A stretch of 64,000 nt of DNA, from positions 64,521-128,520 of the forward strand of contig JAXGQG010000002.1 in NCBI GenBank assembly GCA_040766535.1, written 5' to 3'. The DNA comes from Dehalococcoidia bacterium. GTDB lineage: Bacteria; Chloroflexota; Dehalococcoidia; GIF9; AB-539-J10. Positions 51,029 through 59,725 of this stretch are shown in pieces (within the stretch, counting starts at the first letter, position 1; every line of letters begins with the position of its first letter). The position numbers and the translations under genes are program-made. A model generated the notes under the pieces. That model ran no database searches. It saw only the letters and a list, made by a program, of their open reading frames with translations, and was not told the DNA's origin.

Positions 51029-51977
51029 TGTGGCGCTCTTCGTCGTCCCGGCCCATCTTCGACCGAAAGCTAAGGTCTTCCAGCAGCCTCCTATTCGCCG
51101 CCAGCAGGTCGGCAAGGAACGCGGCCAGAATGGTTGTGAAGCCGCTCACCAGCAGGATGCTCGCCAGGATGAGTGACTGCACGTGGCCTGGTGACGGCTC
51201 GTGAGCCAGAAACCACAGATAACGTGCTCCAAGCGTTACGCCCGGAACAATGAGAACGGCGGCGATGGTGCCGAAGAAACGGAAGGGGCGGTAGATCGCG
51301 AAGATCCGGATGATGGTGAAGACGGATCGCCAGACATACAGCGGCACACTCTTCACAAGCCGCGACGGACGCAGATCGTCATTCACCCGCACCGGCACCC
51401 AGGTGATGGCCATGTTCTTCTGGCCGGCCTGGATAATCGTCTCAAGAGTATACGTATAGTCATTGAACACCATCAACTGCTGTGCCGCCGTGCGGCTGAA
51501 GGCTCGAAAGCCGCTGGGGGCATCGGGCACATCTGTATTGCTGACCCGTCGGACCACCCAACTACCCAGCTTCTGAAGCAACTTCTTGGCCGGAGAGAAA
51601 TGCGCAATCGTCTCGATCGGACGAGCCCCGACAACGATATCGGCACGCCCTTCAAGGATGGGCGCAACCAAAGCGGGGATGTCATCGGCGTTGTACTGAT
51701 TGTCAGCGTCTGTATTGACTATGACGTCTGCTCCTAGACTCAAGCACGCATCCAGTCCGGTCATGAAGGCGCGGGCAAGACCCTGATTGCGGGTGTGACG
51801 GACAACATGATCCACCCCTGCTTGTTTGGCGACTTCGACTGTGGCATCGTCGCTGCCGTCGTCGATCACGACCCACTCAACCTCATCGAACCCCCGAACG
51901 TGGCGCGGAAGGGCGGCAAGGGCAACACCCAGGGTTGCCTCTTCGCGGTAACAGGGGATCTGAATCACCAGTCTCAA
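51021..51977 (-). CDS. Glycosyltransferase family 2, polyprenyl-phosphate sugar synthase type (GtrB/ArnC/DPM1-like) with C-terminal TM helices
   Basis: 318-aa intact ORF with QIPCYREEATLG, VVIDDGSDDAT, NTDADNQY (DxD) and two C-terminal hydrophobic helices. Confidence 0.85.
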   Translation of the reverse strand: MRLVIQIPCYREEATLGVALAALPRHVRGFDEVEWVVIDDGSDDATVEVAKQAGVDHVVRHTRNQGLARAFMTGLDACLSLGADVIVNTDADNQYNADDIPALVAPILEGRADIVVGARPIETIAHFSPAKKLLQKLGSWVVRRVSNTDVPDAPSGFRAFSRTAAQQLMVFNDYTYTLETIIQAGQKNMAITWVPVRVNDDLRPSRLVKSVPLYVWRSVFTIIRIFAIYRPFRFFGTIAAVLIVPGVTLGARYLWFLAHEPSPGHVQSLILASILLVSGFTTILAAFLADLLAANRRLLEDLSFRSKMGRDDEERHNA

Positions 51978-52174
51978 GCGCTCGCCCTCATCATTGAGAA
52001 GTCCCTCTGACTGAAGTCGGATCGAAGAACGTCACGGGATTGGGTAGCCATCTCCAAGTCAACCCGTTTCACTCTCTCGCGAGAGGCGCATCGGACCGCG
52101 TTCTTCAGGGTATCCAGCATTCGTCTGGCAACACGCCCACCAAATCGTATCACTGCGCACAGCATCGTAGCAGG

Positions 52175-52681
52175 TCAGGTTCTTGAATATAGTGAGAAAC
52201 CCGTCCAACACGGCGTCGCAAGAGAAACCAAGAAGGGTGGGGGCCGGCGGCCGCCCCCCCCCAACCCACCACAATCCAGCCGCAGCAGGCACCATAGGTA
52301 GCGCGCCAGCGGTCTGCCGCTGCCGGTCCAGTAGATTCCCTGCCAATCTATGTTGGTTAAAATCGGTAATCTCGCCATCGGAGTTCACTTCGTACTCCGC
52401 CTTCATGGTTCCGGCATTCAGAAGATAGGTATTGGCACCCGTATCATCTGTCGGCACAGTACCAGCAGTAAACTCGTTTTCGGCCATAGCCGCGATAACA
52501 GCGGTCTGAACCTGGTGCATCTCCGTGTTAGCAGCTTCACCGTTGCCGTGGCCGATGAACTGGCCAACGTTCAGCACTACCACTGCGGCGATCACACCGA
52601 GTATGGCGATGACCACCAGCAACTGGATGAGCGCGTGAAGCCACGCTCGCCTGACGCGACTCTCCTTATGAGTCCTTTCAT
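52175..52681 (-). pseudogene. Type IV pilin-like protein (prepilin N-terminal cleavage/methylation domain), frame broken at the cleavage motif and again near the 3' end
   Basis: GAGGAGGG lies upstream of ATG 52681. MKGLIRRVASGERGFT is followed, after 2 extra nt, by LIQLLVVIAILGVIAAVVVLNVG in another frame (ORF 52059..52622). The 3' end is unresolved around a G9 run at about 52240-52262. Confidence 0.55.
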
Positions 52682-53165
52682 GTTTCGATCCCTCCTCTTA
52701 ATGCTCCCTGATCTATCTCTTCGCTTCACCAAGCGATGCGTTTCTGTTCGCATCGGCCTCCACAAGAGGCCACATACACTACATTGTTCCAAGAGTACAG
52801 GCAATACTAACGTCCGTCAAACAGTCGTCCTACCCGCTCCCGTTCTTTCGAACTAGCACCGCATAGGATCTTTGGTCAGATGGACCTGCATCAGGTCATA
52901 ACAGGCCTGATTCGCGGTTGCATACCTCCCAAGACCTTGTTAGAAAGGATATAGCGCCATACGTGATTATGCACAGAAACGAGAGGAATTCTCTGATAAT
53001 CCGGACGTACTGCCATCGTCGCGAGTCTCGATTCGGTTTCGATTCACGACCGGCAGTAATACGGCGTGTGTAGGATCCTGTCCGTCAAGACCCGTATCGC
53101 AACCGTGCTCAACTGGCTCAGTTGCCGGCCCGGTTAGGCGTTGCCTGGCCGACCGGTTTTCGCCC

Positions 53166-53535
53166 TCAGACGTCGCTCGCAGGCGACGTCACCCTGCCGT
53201 AGTCGTCTTCGATTCTGACGACGTCATCAAGCTCGGTGCCCGATACCTCGACCACGTCGGAATCGCTCTCCGCGATGAGCCGGTGTACCGTGCCGGGTCG
53301 CACCAACACCGCCTTGAGTCATGGGTTCAATCCTCGTGACGCCATCGCAGTGCACTTCCCAGCATCACACGACCGTCTTTGGAAACATGGTCTCCTGCTT
53401 GACCCGGTGATACTGCAGGCTGGTGCGACACCCCGACTGGAGATGGAGCACCTTCACGGCATACTGCTCCGTCTTCCGTAACAGCAACTCGCCGCCCCAC
53501 GGCTTGGGGGTCCATTCGGGAACGTGGTCCGTCAT
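53166..53535 (-). pseudogene. Cupin protein of the phosphomannose-isomerase type II C-terminal kind, about 3 frameshifts
   Basis: MTDHVPEWTPKPWGGELLLRKTEQYAVKVLHLQSGCRTSLQYHRVKQET starts at ATG 53535. The C-terminal PGTVHRLIAESDSDVVEVSGTELDDVVRIEDDYGR was recovered in another frame by manual translation. Confidence 0.55.
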
Positions 53536-53593
53536 GCTGCGGGCACCTCCGATCGCAGATCCCCCTGGCGAGGGGCAGAGAATGATAGCAGAC

Positions 53594-53938
53594 ACCGCCG
53601 CCGAAGCGGCGGAGTTCTGCGTTCTGTGTTCTGAGTTCTGGGTTCCGAGTTCAGCGGCAAGGCCGGAGTTCTGCGTTCGCCCGCGAAACGCGGGGTTGCG
53701 AGTCACGAGTGACGAGTGGCGAGTGCGCCGCCGAGGAGGCGGAGCTCTGAGTTCAGTGCGCGCGCTCGAGTCCTGAGTTCTGAGTTCTGAGTTCTGAGTT
53801 CTGCGTTCGCTACGCGATGCGCTGGAGCCGCGTGAGTCACGAGTGGCGAGTGCGCCGCCGAGGCGGCGGAGTTCTGAGTTCACCGACTAGACCAGAATTC
53901 TGCGTTCGCCCGCGAAACGCGGGGTTGCGAGTCACGAG
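53594..53938. repeat. Composite intergenic repeat block: GC hairpins plus heptamer (NGTTCTG / TGAGTTC) microsatellites
   Basis: Hairpins of the type CGCCGC-CGAA-GCGGCG occur three times (variants) and CCCGCG-AAA-CGCGGG twice. The module AGTTCTGCGTTCGCCCGCGAAACGCGGGGTTGCGAGTCACGAG is duplicated (about 53666-53710 and about 53895-53938). Heptamer runs lie at 53612-53655 and 53773-53807. Confidence 0.75.
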
Positions 53939-54078
53939 AGGAGTGCGCGGATGGAACCCGGAACCTTCAACCCGGAACCCGCCAACCCGCCACAGACCGG
54001 GGCCACGGAAGGAACGGGAATCGGCCCGCAGGCGCACCTGCTGGACAGGCGCACGCGCCACAGACACAATTCCCTGCC

Positions 54079-54854
54079 ATGCAGGCAGTAACTTCCATCG
54101 TCGCCGCGCTGTTCAGGCTTCACAGTCGGCAGCTTCCTCAACGTGTGCATCGACCGGCCGCCTGAGGCAATCGATCGTCACCGGTCGATCGCACTGCGAT
54201 GCCTGCAAGCGGCAGATCCGCAGCACAGACCTGATACCGGTACTCAGCTACCTGGCGCTGAGGGGCGCTGCCGCGACTGCGGCGCACGCATCCCCACAAG
54301 GGTGGTGCTGGTGGAGACCGCAACCGGGCTCATCTTCGCCCTCTTGGTGCTTGCGCATGAGGCTTCAGCCATGTCGGTTCTACTGGCCGTGTACGCCGCC
54401 ATTCTGCTGGTGGTGTTCGTCATCGACCTCGAACGGGGCCTCATCCTGAACAAGGTCGTCTTCCCGTCTCTGGCTTTCTCCCCCCCCCCCCCCCCCCTCG
54501 CTCGCGGCCGCGCCCGTCGCCCCGCCGTGGCTGGGCACGCTGTTCCCCATCCGCTGCTCAGCGCCGCGGCCGGCGCCGCGAGCGGCTTGCCCATTGTTCC
54601 TCATCGCAATCCTGGCGCGAGGCGGCATGGGCTAGGCGACGTCAAGTTCGCCTCTGCTGGGGCGGCTGCCGGGTTTCCGCTGGTGTTCGTGGCGTTGTTC
54701 TGGCGTGATGATCGGCGCCATCATCGCGGTCGTGCTTCTGGTCTCCGGCAAGAAGGGCCGCAAACAGGGGATCCCATTCGGGCCGTTCCTGGCGCTGGGG
54801 ACGATGGCCACCCTGCTCTGGGGGCCGCAGATACTGTCCTGGTACGTGGACTGA
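54079..54854 (+). pseudogene. pilD: Prepilin peptidase (A24 family, PilD-like), at least 5 frameshifts including one at a C18 tract
   Basis: Pieces in three frames: MQAVTSIVAALF.., GSFLNVCIDR, CDACKRQIRSTDLIPVLSYLALRG, RCRDCGARIPTRVVLVETATGLIFALL, GLGDVKFASAGAAAGFPLVFVALF and GIPFGPFLALGTMATLLWG...WYVD-stop. Confidence 0.7.
54480..54497. repeat. Homopolymeric C18 tract inside pilD
   Basis: 18 consecutive C (54480-54497), counted directly from the sequence. Translated as poly-Pro in the local frame. Confidence 0.9.
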
Positions 54855-54868
54855 TGTAGACAGAGACA

Positions 54869-55615
54869 GCTGCGCGCGGCCGAACACCACTCCCCACCAG
54901 CGGAGACTAGCCCTCGAATGGCCACACCCCAAGATGTCGTTCCACGACGCTGCGCGCGGCCGAACACCACTCCCCCACTAGCGGAGACTATGCCTCCATG
55001 CCACATCCCCACGATGTCGTTCCACGATACCGCCGTGCGCGGTCGCAATCCACTCCCCCCACTAGCAGAGACTATGCCCGAATGGCCACACCACGATGTT
55101 TGCCGCACGAGCCGCTGCGCAGCCGAACGCCAGCCCCCCAGTGAAGACAATCCCCTGATGGACATATCCCCTAATGATGTCGTTCCACGCGCTGCGCGCG
55201 GCCGAACACCACTCCCCCCACTAGCGGAGACTATGCCTCCATGCCATCCCCGCGATGTCGTTCCACGCATGCTGCGCGCGGCCGAACACCACTCCCCACT
55301 AGCGGAGACTATGCCCGAATGGCCAATTCCTCACGATGTCGTTTCACGACGCTGCGCGCGGCCGAACGCCAACCCCCCAGTAGTGAAGATAATCCTCGAT
55401 GGACATATCCCCACGATGTCGTCCCACGACGCTGCGCGCAGCCGAACACCGCTCCCCCCACTAGCGGAGACTATGCCCGAATGGCCACATCTCAGATGTT
55501 GCTCGGCACGACGCTGCGCGCGGCCGAACACCACTCCCCCCAATGGCGGAGACTATGCCTCCATGCCACATCCCCACGATGTCGTTCCAACACGCTGCGC
55601 GCGGCCGAACTCCCA
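54869..55615. repeat. Tandem array of about 9-10 copies of a 77-83-bp unit, three unit subtypes
   Basis: Units start with GCTGCGCGCGGCCGAAC at 54869, 54949, about 55031 (divergent), 55114, 55191, 55271, 55351, 55431, 55513 and 55594 (truncated). Bodies alternate between ...ACTAGCGGAGACTATGCCTCCATGCCACATCCCCACGATGTCGTTCCACG, ...ACTAGCGGAGACTATGCCCGAATGGCCAC... and ...CAGTGAAGACAATCCCCTGATGGACATATCCCC.... Confidence 0.9.
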
Positions 55616-55794
55616 CCTGACGTCGGCAGCCTCGGCGCACCTGACGGGTGCTCCCGGCTGACATGCCCAAGGAGAGATGGTGGACCCGTCAGTCACTTCC
55701 GTGGCGGGGCGCCGCGCTGCGCGCCCCTACTTCTTGAACAACGCGAGGAACCTGTCCTCGTACTGCTGGATAGACGCCCCAGCGGTTCAACCTG

Positions 55795-56400
55795 TCACCA
55801 GCTCCGAGGCGCGTGAGCGGTCGTCCTGCACTCCGCGGCAAAGAGCATCTCTATCTGCTGGCGCGCTGCCGCCGGAAGCCCTGACTCATCCACATTCAGA
55901 AGCCCATGGCGCTGGAAGTCCGAGTAGTTGCCTCCAGCTGCGCGCCGGGTGAGGTCGTAGATGAACATCATCACCGCAAGGTCCCATGCCTCCTCCATCC
56001 CCCGGATGATGGCGCTGAGCGGCCGGTCCTCCGATTCAAGCATCGAGTTCAGGTTGCCGATGACCACGCCAAGCGGCTCCGACACCAGGTTCATGGAGTG
56101 GGGTTCATTGCGGTAGGAATAGAAGATGCCCGGCTCATGCGGGTTCTGCTGCGCCATCATGCCCAGGAAGCGGCGGGCGCTCTCACTGAAGCCCTCAACG
56201 TGCAGCAGGTAGTATGGAGTGACGATGCGAGGCCGCTCCGCCAGCACCTTGCCTTCACGCACGGCGCTCATCTGCTCCGAGAGTTCGGTGACCACGTAGT
56301 ACTCCATCGTGGTGCTGCCGAAGGTGGCAAGCTGGCGCTTGGGCGCGCGGACAAGCTCCGTCTTGCGCATCGCTTCCAGGATCCTCTCGTCCATTTCCAT
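55795..56400 (-). CDS. Hypothetical protein (about 200 aa), no family recognised
   Basis: ATG 56400 lies within ORF 55795..56925, after GGGAGAG. Composition is coding-like from MEMDERILEAMRK onward. The upstream part of the ORF is R/G/P-rich and overlaps the MBL gene region. Confidence 0.5.
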   Translation of the reverse strand: MEMDERILEAMRKTELVRAPKRQLATFGSTTMEYYVVTELSEQMSAVREGKVLAERPRIVTPYYLLHVEGFSESARRFLGMMAQQNPHEPGIFYSYRNEPHSMNLVSEPLGVVIGNLNSMLESEDRPLSAIIRGMEEAWDLAVMMFIYDLTRRAAGGNYSDFQRHGLLNVDESGLPAAARQQIEMLFAAECRTTAHAPRSW

Positions 56401-56423
56401 AGTGGCTCTCCCGGACGGTGGAC

Positions 56424-57142
56424 CTAGAAGAACATGCGAACCATCTGGAAGTTCCGGATCACGTTGTCTCTGCCCGAGACCAGCGGACCGGCCATGCTGC
56501 TGTGGCCAGGCAGGATGTACTCGATATCCAGCTCGGAGAGCCGGCTGATGCTCTCCTTCATCCGGCTGATGCTGCCGCCCACGAAATCCATCCGTCCGAT
56601 GCTTCCCGGAAACACCATCACCGCTCACCAGTACTCCGACTCCGGCAGATAGATGCAGGCGCATCCGGGGGAATGCCCGGGCGTGATGAGTATCTCCATC
56701 CGGCATCCGTCGCAGTTGACCGCGTTGAGCGGCCCCTCCTGCAGCAGGATAGTCGGCTTGGTGGCAGGCAGCGTACCGAAAGAACCATAGAACGGATCTC
56801 CACCCCAGTGAGAAACTCATGTTCCGGTACGGAAAGGGCGACGCCAGCGCCAGTGCGGCGCACCACGTCGTCCACCGCCTGGAAGTGATCCGGATGGCTG
56901 TGAGTCCCGAACACCAGACCCACATCCTCCAGCCTCAGGCCATCCGCGGACATCGCCTGCACCAGGGAGTCCAGCGGCCGTTCTCCCATCGCGCCATACG
57001 TCATGCCGGGGTCGACGAGCATATGGGCTTCCGGTCTGTCCAGCGCGTTGGCGAGCACCACGGAACTGGAGTTGATGCCCTGACCAACCCAGAGGTAGAA
57101 GAACACCCCTTCGGTTATCTCGGCGGACCTGTGCAACACCAT
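56424..57142 (-). pseudogene. MBL-fold metallo-hydrolase, 2-3 frameshifts
   Basis: ATG 57142 gives MVLHRSAEITEGVFFYLW... with the HxHxDH motif (GTHSHPDH). The middle part (ILITPGHSPG) and the C-terminal part (ORF 56424..56621, YILPGHS) are in other frames. Confidence 0.7.
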
Positions 57143-57284
57143 TGGCTCTCCCCGAAGCGACGGATGCGCCGCGATTCGCAGACGATCCGTTCGGGTATTA
57201 TAGGTGAAAGCGCGGCAGCGTCGAACGAAGCAGGGTAGAGCCGTTCCGCTGCTGCCGGACCGCGCAACCACCGTCAGGCCACAG

Positions 57285-57544
57285 GAGCGAACTCCGCGTC
57301 CGCCCGTTGGGTTTCCCTGCATGACCGCCATCCGGCCGTGGGCGAGATGTATCTCGCCCGCAGACCATGCCCACAGAGCCGCTGGACTGTCACCACCCGA
57401 CCACACATCGCCACCATCCGGCCGTAGGCAAGACACATCTCGCCCACACCATGCCTGCAGAGCCGCTGGACTGCCACTGTCGCCACGGTCCGTCCACGCA
57501 CCGACACCTTCCGGCCGTAGGGGCGGACCCCGCGTCCGCCCGCC
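57285..57544 (+). repeat. Upstream REP-like hairpin cluster (GTAG/GTGG-hairpin on the + strand), arranged in about 85-95-bp units
   Basis: GTGGGCGAGATGTATCTCGCCC (57338-57359), GTAGGCAAGACACATCTCGCCC (57424-57445) and GTAGGGGCGGACCCCGCGTCCGCCCGCC (57517-57544). Each is preceded by C(A/T)TCCGGCC, and the first two are followed by CATGCC.CAGAGCCGCTGGACTG. Confidence 0.7.
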
Positions 57545-57620
57545 ATACACATCACCCGTCTCCTGAGAACACATAACGAAGAGATCTCCAATCGTCGCCG
57601 GCGGTGTACAATCCTGCGCA

Positions 57621-58140
57621 GTGAAGGACGCAAGCCTCCCCACACGGCATATCCTCCGTCTGCGAGGATACGATTACTCAACGCCAGGTGCCTGGCTTCG
57701 TCACACTGTGCGCTGAAGACCACAGGTGTGACTTCGGTGAAGTCAAAGACGACATTGTCGCCCTGACACCACTGGGACACATCATCCACAACACCTGGGT
57801 GGAGGCCTGTTCCTTCTGCACCGGAGTCAGCGCGGACGCGTTCGTGGTGATGCCCAACCACCTCCATGCCATCGTGCTTCTGCACAACGACACCACCAAC
57901 CGCAACGATGGCCGAGATGGGACCACGGGGCTCTCTTCCTTCATACGCCGATTCAAGACCCTCAGCACCTTCCGCGTCGTGCGGACAGCGGTGTGCGATG
58001 GAAGGTGCTACGACGCGGGCGCTTGTGGCAGAGGTCGTACTACGAGCACGTCATACGAGACGATTCCTCCCTGAGCGCGTTCGTGACTATAACATCGCAT
58101 CGAATCCGCTCAGATGGTCGCTTGACCGCGAGAACCCGGA
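57621..58140 (+). pseudogene. REP-associated tyrosine transposase (RAYT, IS200/IS605-like Y1 HUH transposase), at least 3 frameshifts
   Basis: ILRLRGYDYSTPGAW, then a shift to FVTLCAEDHRCDFGEVKDDIVALTPLGHIIHNTW...FVVMPNHLHAIVLL (HUH). A further shift gives LWQRSYYEHVIRDDSSLSA, and another gives VRDYNIASNPLRWSLDRENPES. The start (GTG 57621) and the end are approximate. Confidence 0.7.
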
Positions 58141-58228
58141 GTCCGCGGACACACCTCTCGGCTATCCGCTGAAGCGGCGGAACAGTGGATGGTCTGAGAT
58201 GACACGGACGAGGCCCCCGACGGTGACG

Positions 58229-58744
58229 GCGGGCGGACGCAGAGGTCCGCTCCTACAACAGCACTTGTGTTCCGGCCGCGATTCCGGGTCAGGAAACACC
58301 TCCGCTGCAACTGGAGACTAACGCCGATGCCCGCGGGTTCACGCGATTCACAGACACCGCACCCGCGTCGTTCCGGACGGCGGAGATGTATCTCGCCCCT
58401 ACCAACGCAGGCAGCCGACCGATTCCGGGTGTGCGACGCACCTCACCTATCAAAGCTGCGTGATTCTAGACGGCGGCGGACGCAGAGGTCCGCACCCTAC
58501 AGAGGAATCGACAGACCAAAGGCCAGACAGCAACAACGGTGGGCGTCCGACGGTACGACGGCGGGCGATGTATCCTGCCCTCACGACAATACAACGACAG
58601 TGGGCTGAAACGGCGATTGTGCGGCAGGAACGGGACAATGTAATTCCCGCTGAACCTGAAAACCGATGCCAGCGGGTTCATGCGATTCACAAACACCGCA
58701 CCCGCGTTGTTCCGGACGGCGGGCGAGATGTATCTCGCCCCTAC
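58229..58744 (-). repeat. Downstream REP-like hairpin cluster (GTAG-hairpin on the - strand), two hairpin types
   Basis: On the + strand the elements end in CCTAC or CCCTAC. Type 2, GCGGAC-GCAGAG-GTCCGC, lies at 58233-58250 and 58476-58493. Type 1, (G)GGCGAGATGTATCTCGCCCCTAC, lies at about 58376-58402 and 58718-58744. A degenerate copy is at about 58556-58584. A longer unit of about 80 bp (GATGCC.GCGGGTTCA.GCGATTCACA.ACACCGCACCCGCGT.GTTCCGGACGGC...) is duplicated at about 58325 and about 58666. Confidence 0.7.
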
Positions 58745-58886
58745 AACAGAGGCGCGTTGGTGTGTAGGTCGTCCACCTCCCATTGCAGCGGAGCTAGTCT
58801 TCCGAGCTCCCGGTTTTCGGTCCCCACTTGAAACCGCATGGCAAGGTGGTACACTAGCGCACAGGTAACGGGACGTTTGACTGGAG

Positions 58887-59573
58887 GTGGCTACAGTGGC
58901 CAAGGTGTTCATCGTCGATGAGCAGCCCATGTACAGACAGGGTATCCGGGCCGCGCTTGCCAGGACACGGGACGTGGAGATCGCCGGCGATGCAGATCTG
59001 AACGACGACGTACTCACGGCGATCGATGCGCAGATGCCCGACGTGGTCGTTCTCGGTGCCGATGTGGCATTCACCGAGAGTCTCCGCATCTGCAGGGCCA
59101 TCAAGCAGCGGGAGCCTTCCGTGTCCATCATCATCCTTTCTGGCGACGGCCACCAGGACGAGCAGGTATTCCAGGCCATCAGGGCGCAAGCCTCCGGCTT
59201 CCACGGCCGCAACGTGAATCCCGACGATCTGGCCAAATCCATTGCGAGGTGCGCGCGCGGCGAGCACCCGATCAACGAGACCATGGCCACCCACCCCCGC
59301 GTGGCGGAACAGATACTGGAGCAATTCCAGGAACTCTCCCGCGAGAGGGAGACGGCGAGCTTCATGTCTCCCCTGACCCCGAAAGAAATGGAAGTGCTCA
59401 GATACATGGCCGAGGGCTGCTTGAACAAGCAGATCGCGGACAAGCTGGATGTGACCGAGCAGACGGTGAAGAACCACATCACGTCCATCCTGCGGAAGCT
59501 CAACGCCAACGCCCGCACCCAGGCCGTGGTCATCGCCATCAAGAAGGGGCTGGTGACGCTTTCGTCCGATTAG
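58887..59573 (+). CDS. LuxR/NarL-family response regulator with atypical (probably non-phosphorylatable) receiver domain
   Basis: C-terminal HTH_LuxR: LTPKEMEVLRYMAEGCLNKQIADKLDVTEQTVKNHITSILRKL. The receiver fold is recognisable, but the acceptor position reads PDVVVLGADVAF (Gly where NarL has Asp59) and the conserved Lys position reads GFHGRN. GTG 58896 is an alternative start. Confidence 0.85.
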   Translation: MATVAKVFIVDEQPMYRQGIRAALARTRDVEIAGDADLNDDVLTAIDAQMPDVVVLGADVAFTESLRICRAIKQREPSVSIIILSGDGHQDEQVFQAIRAQASGFHGRNVNPDDLAKSIARCARGEHPINETMATHPRVAEQILEQFQELSRERETASFMSPLTPKEMEVLRYMAEGCLNKQIADKLDVTEQTVKNHITSILRKLNANARTQAVVIAIKKGLVTLSSD

Positions 59574-59725
59574 GACCTGCCCCCGCCCTTTCACCACCAC
59601 GGCTCCTTCGCTGTGCCTGCAGGCAGGCGCGACGGGGAACCAGACGACTAATTGCATTCGAGGCCGGCAGCCACCACCGATTCCGGGTAGGCAGCGTGGC
59701 TCACATCCCAGGTACGCGTCATTCG

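Noticed and set aside
52231-52265. G/C-rich segment (GGGTGGGGGCCGGCGGCCGCCCCCCCCCAACCC) considered as the pilin terminator or as a phase-variable tract
   Set aside because: Only a 6-bp stem can be drawn, there is no U-tract, and none of the three pilin frames has a stop before it. The local sequence is probably unreliable, so no call is made beyond noting the G9/C9 run.
53311-53345. tRNA-like T-arm (GGGTTCAATCC followed by ..GACGCCA)
   Set aside because: No complementary 5' acceptor strand (TGGCGTC) or D/anticodon arms are found in the preceding 75 nt. The segment also lies inside the cupin coding sequence.
54869-55615. Possible CRISPR array
   Set aside because: The whole unit of about 80 bp is repeated, including the part that would have to be spacer. 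Only three recurring variants exist. There are no unique spacers and no cas genes in the window.
54632-55816. ORFs crossing the 80-bp tandem array (54918..55661 +, 55241..55816 +, 54632..55270 -) that would encode repetitive proteins
   Set aside because: Repeat unit lengths (77-83 bp) are not multiples of three, so no frame is conserved from unit to unit. The open frames are a by-product of the GC-rich repeat.
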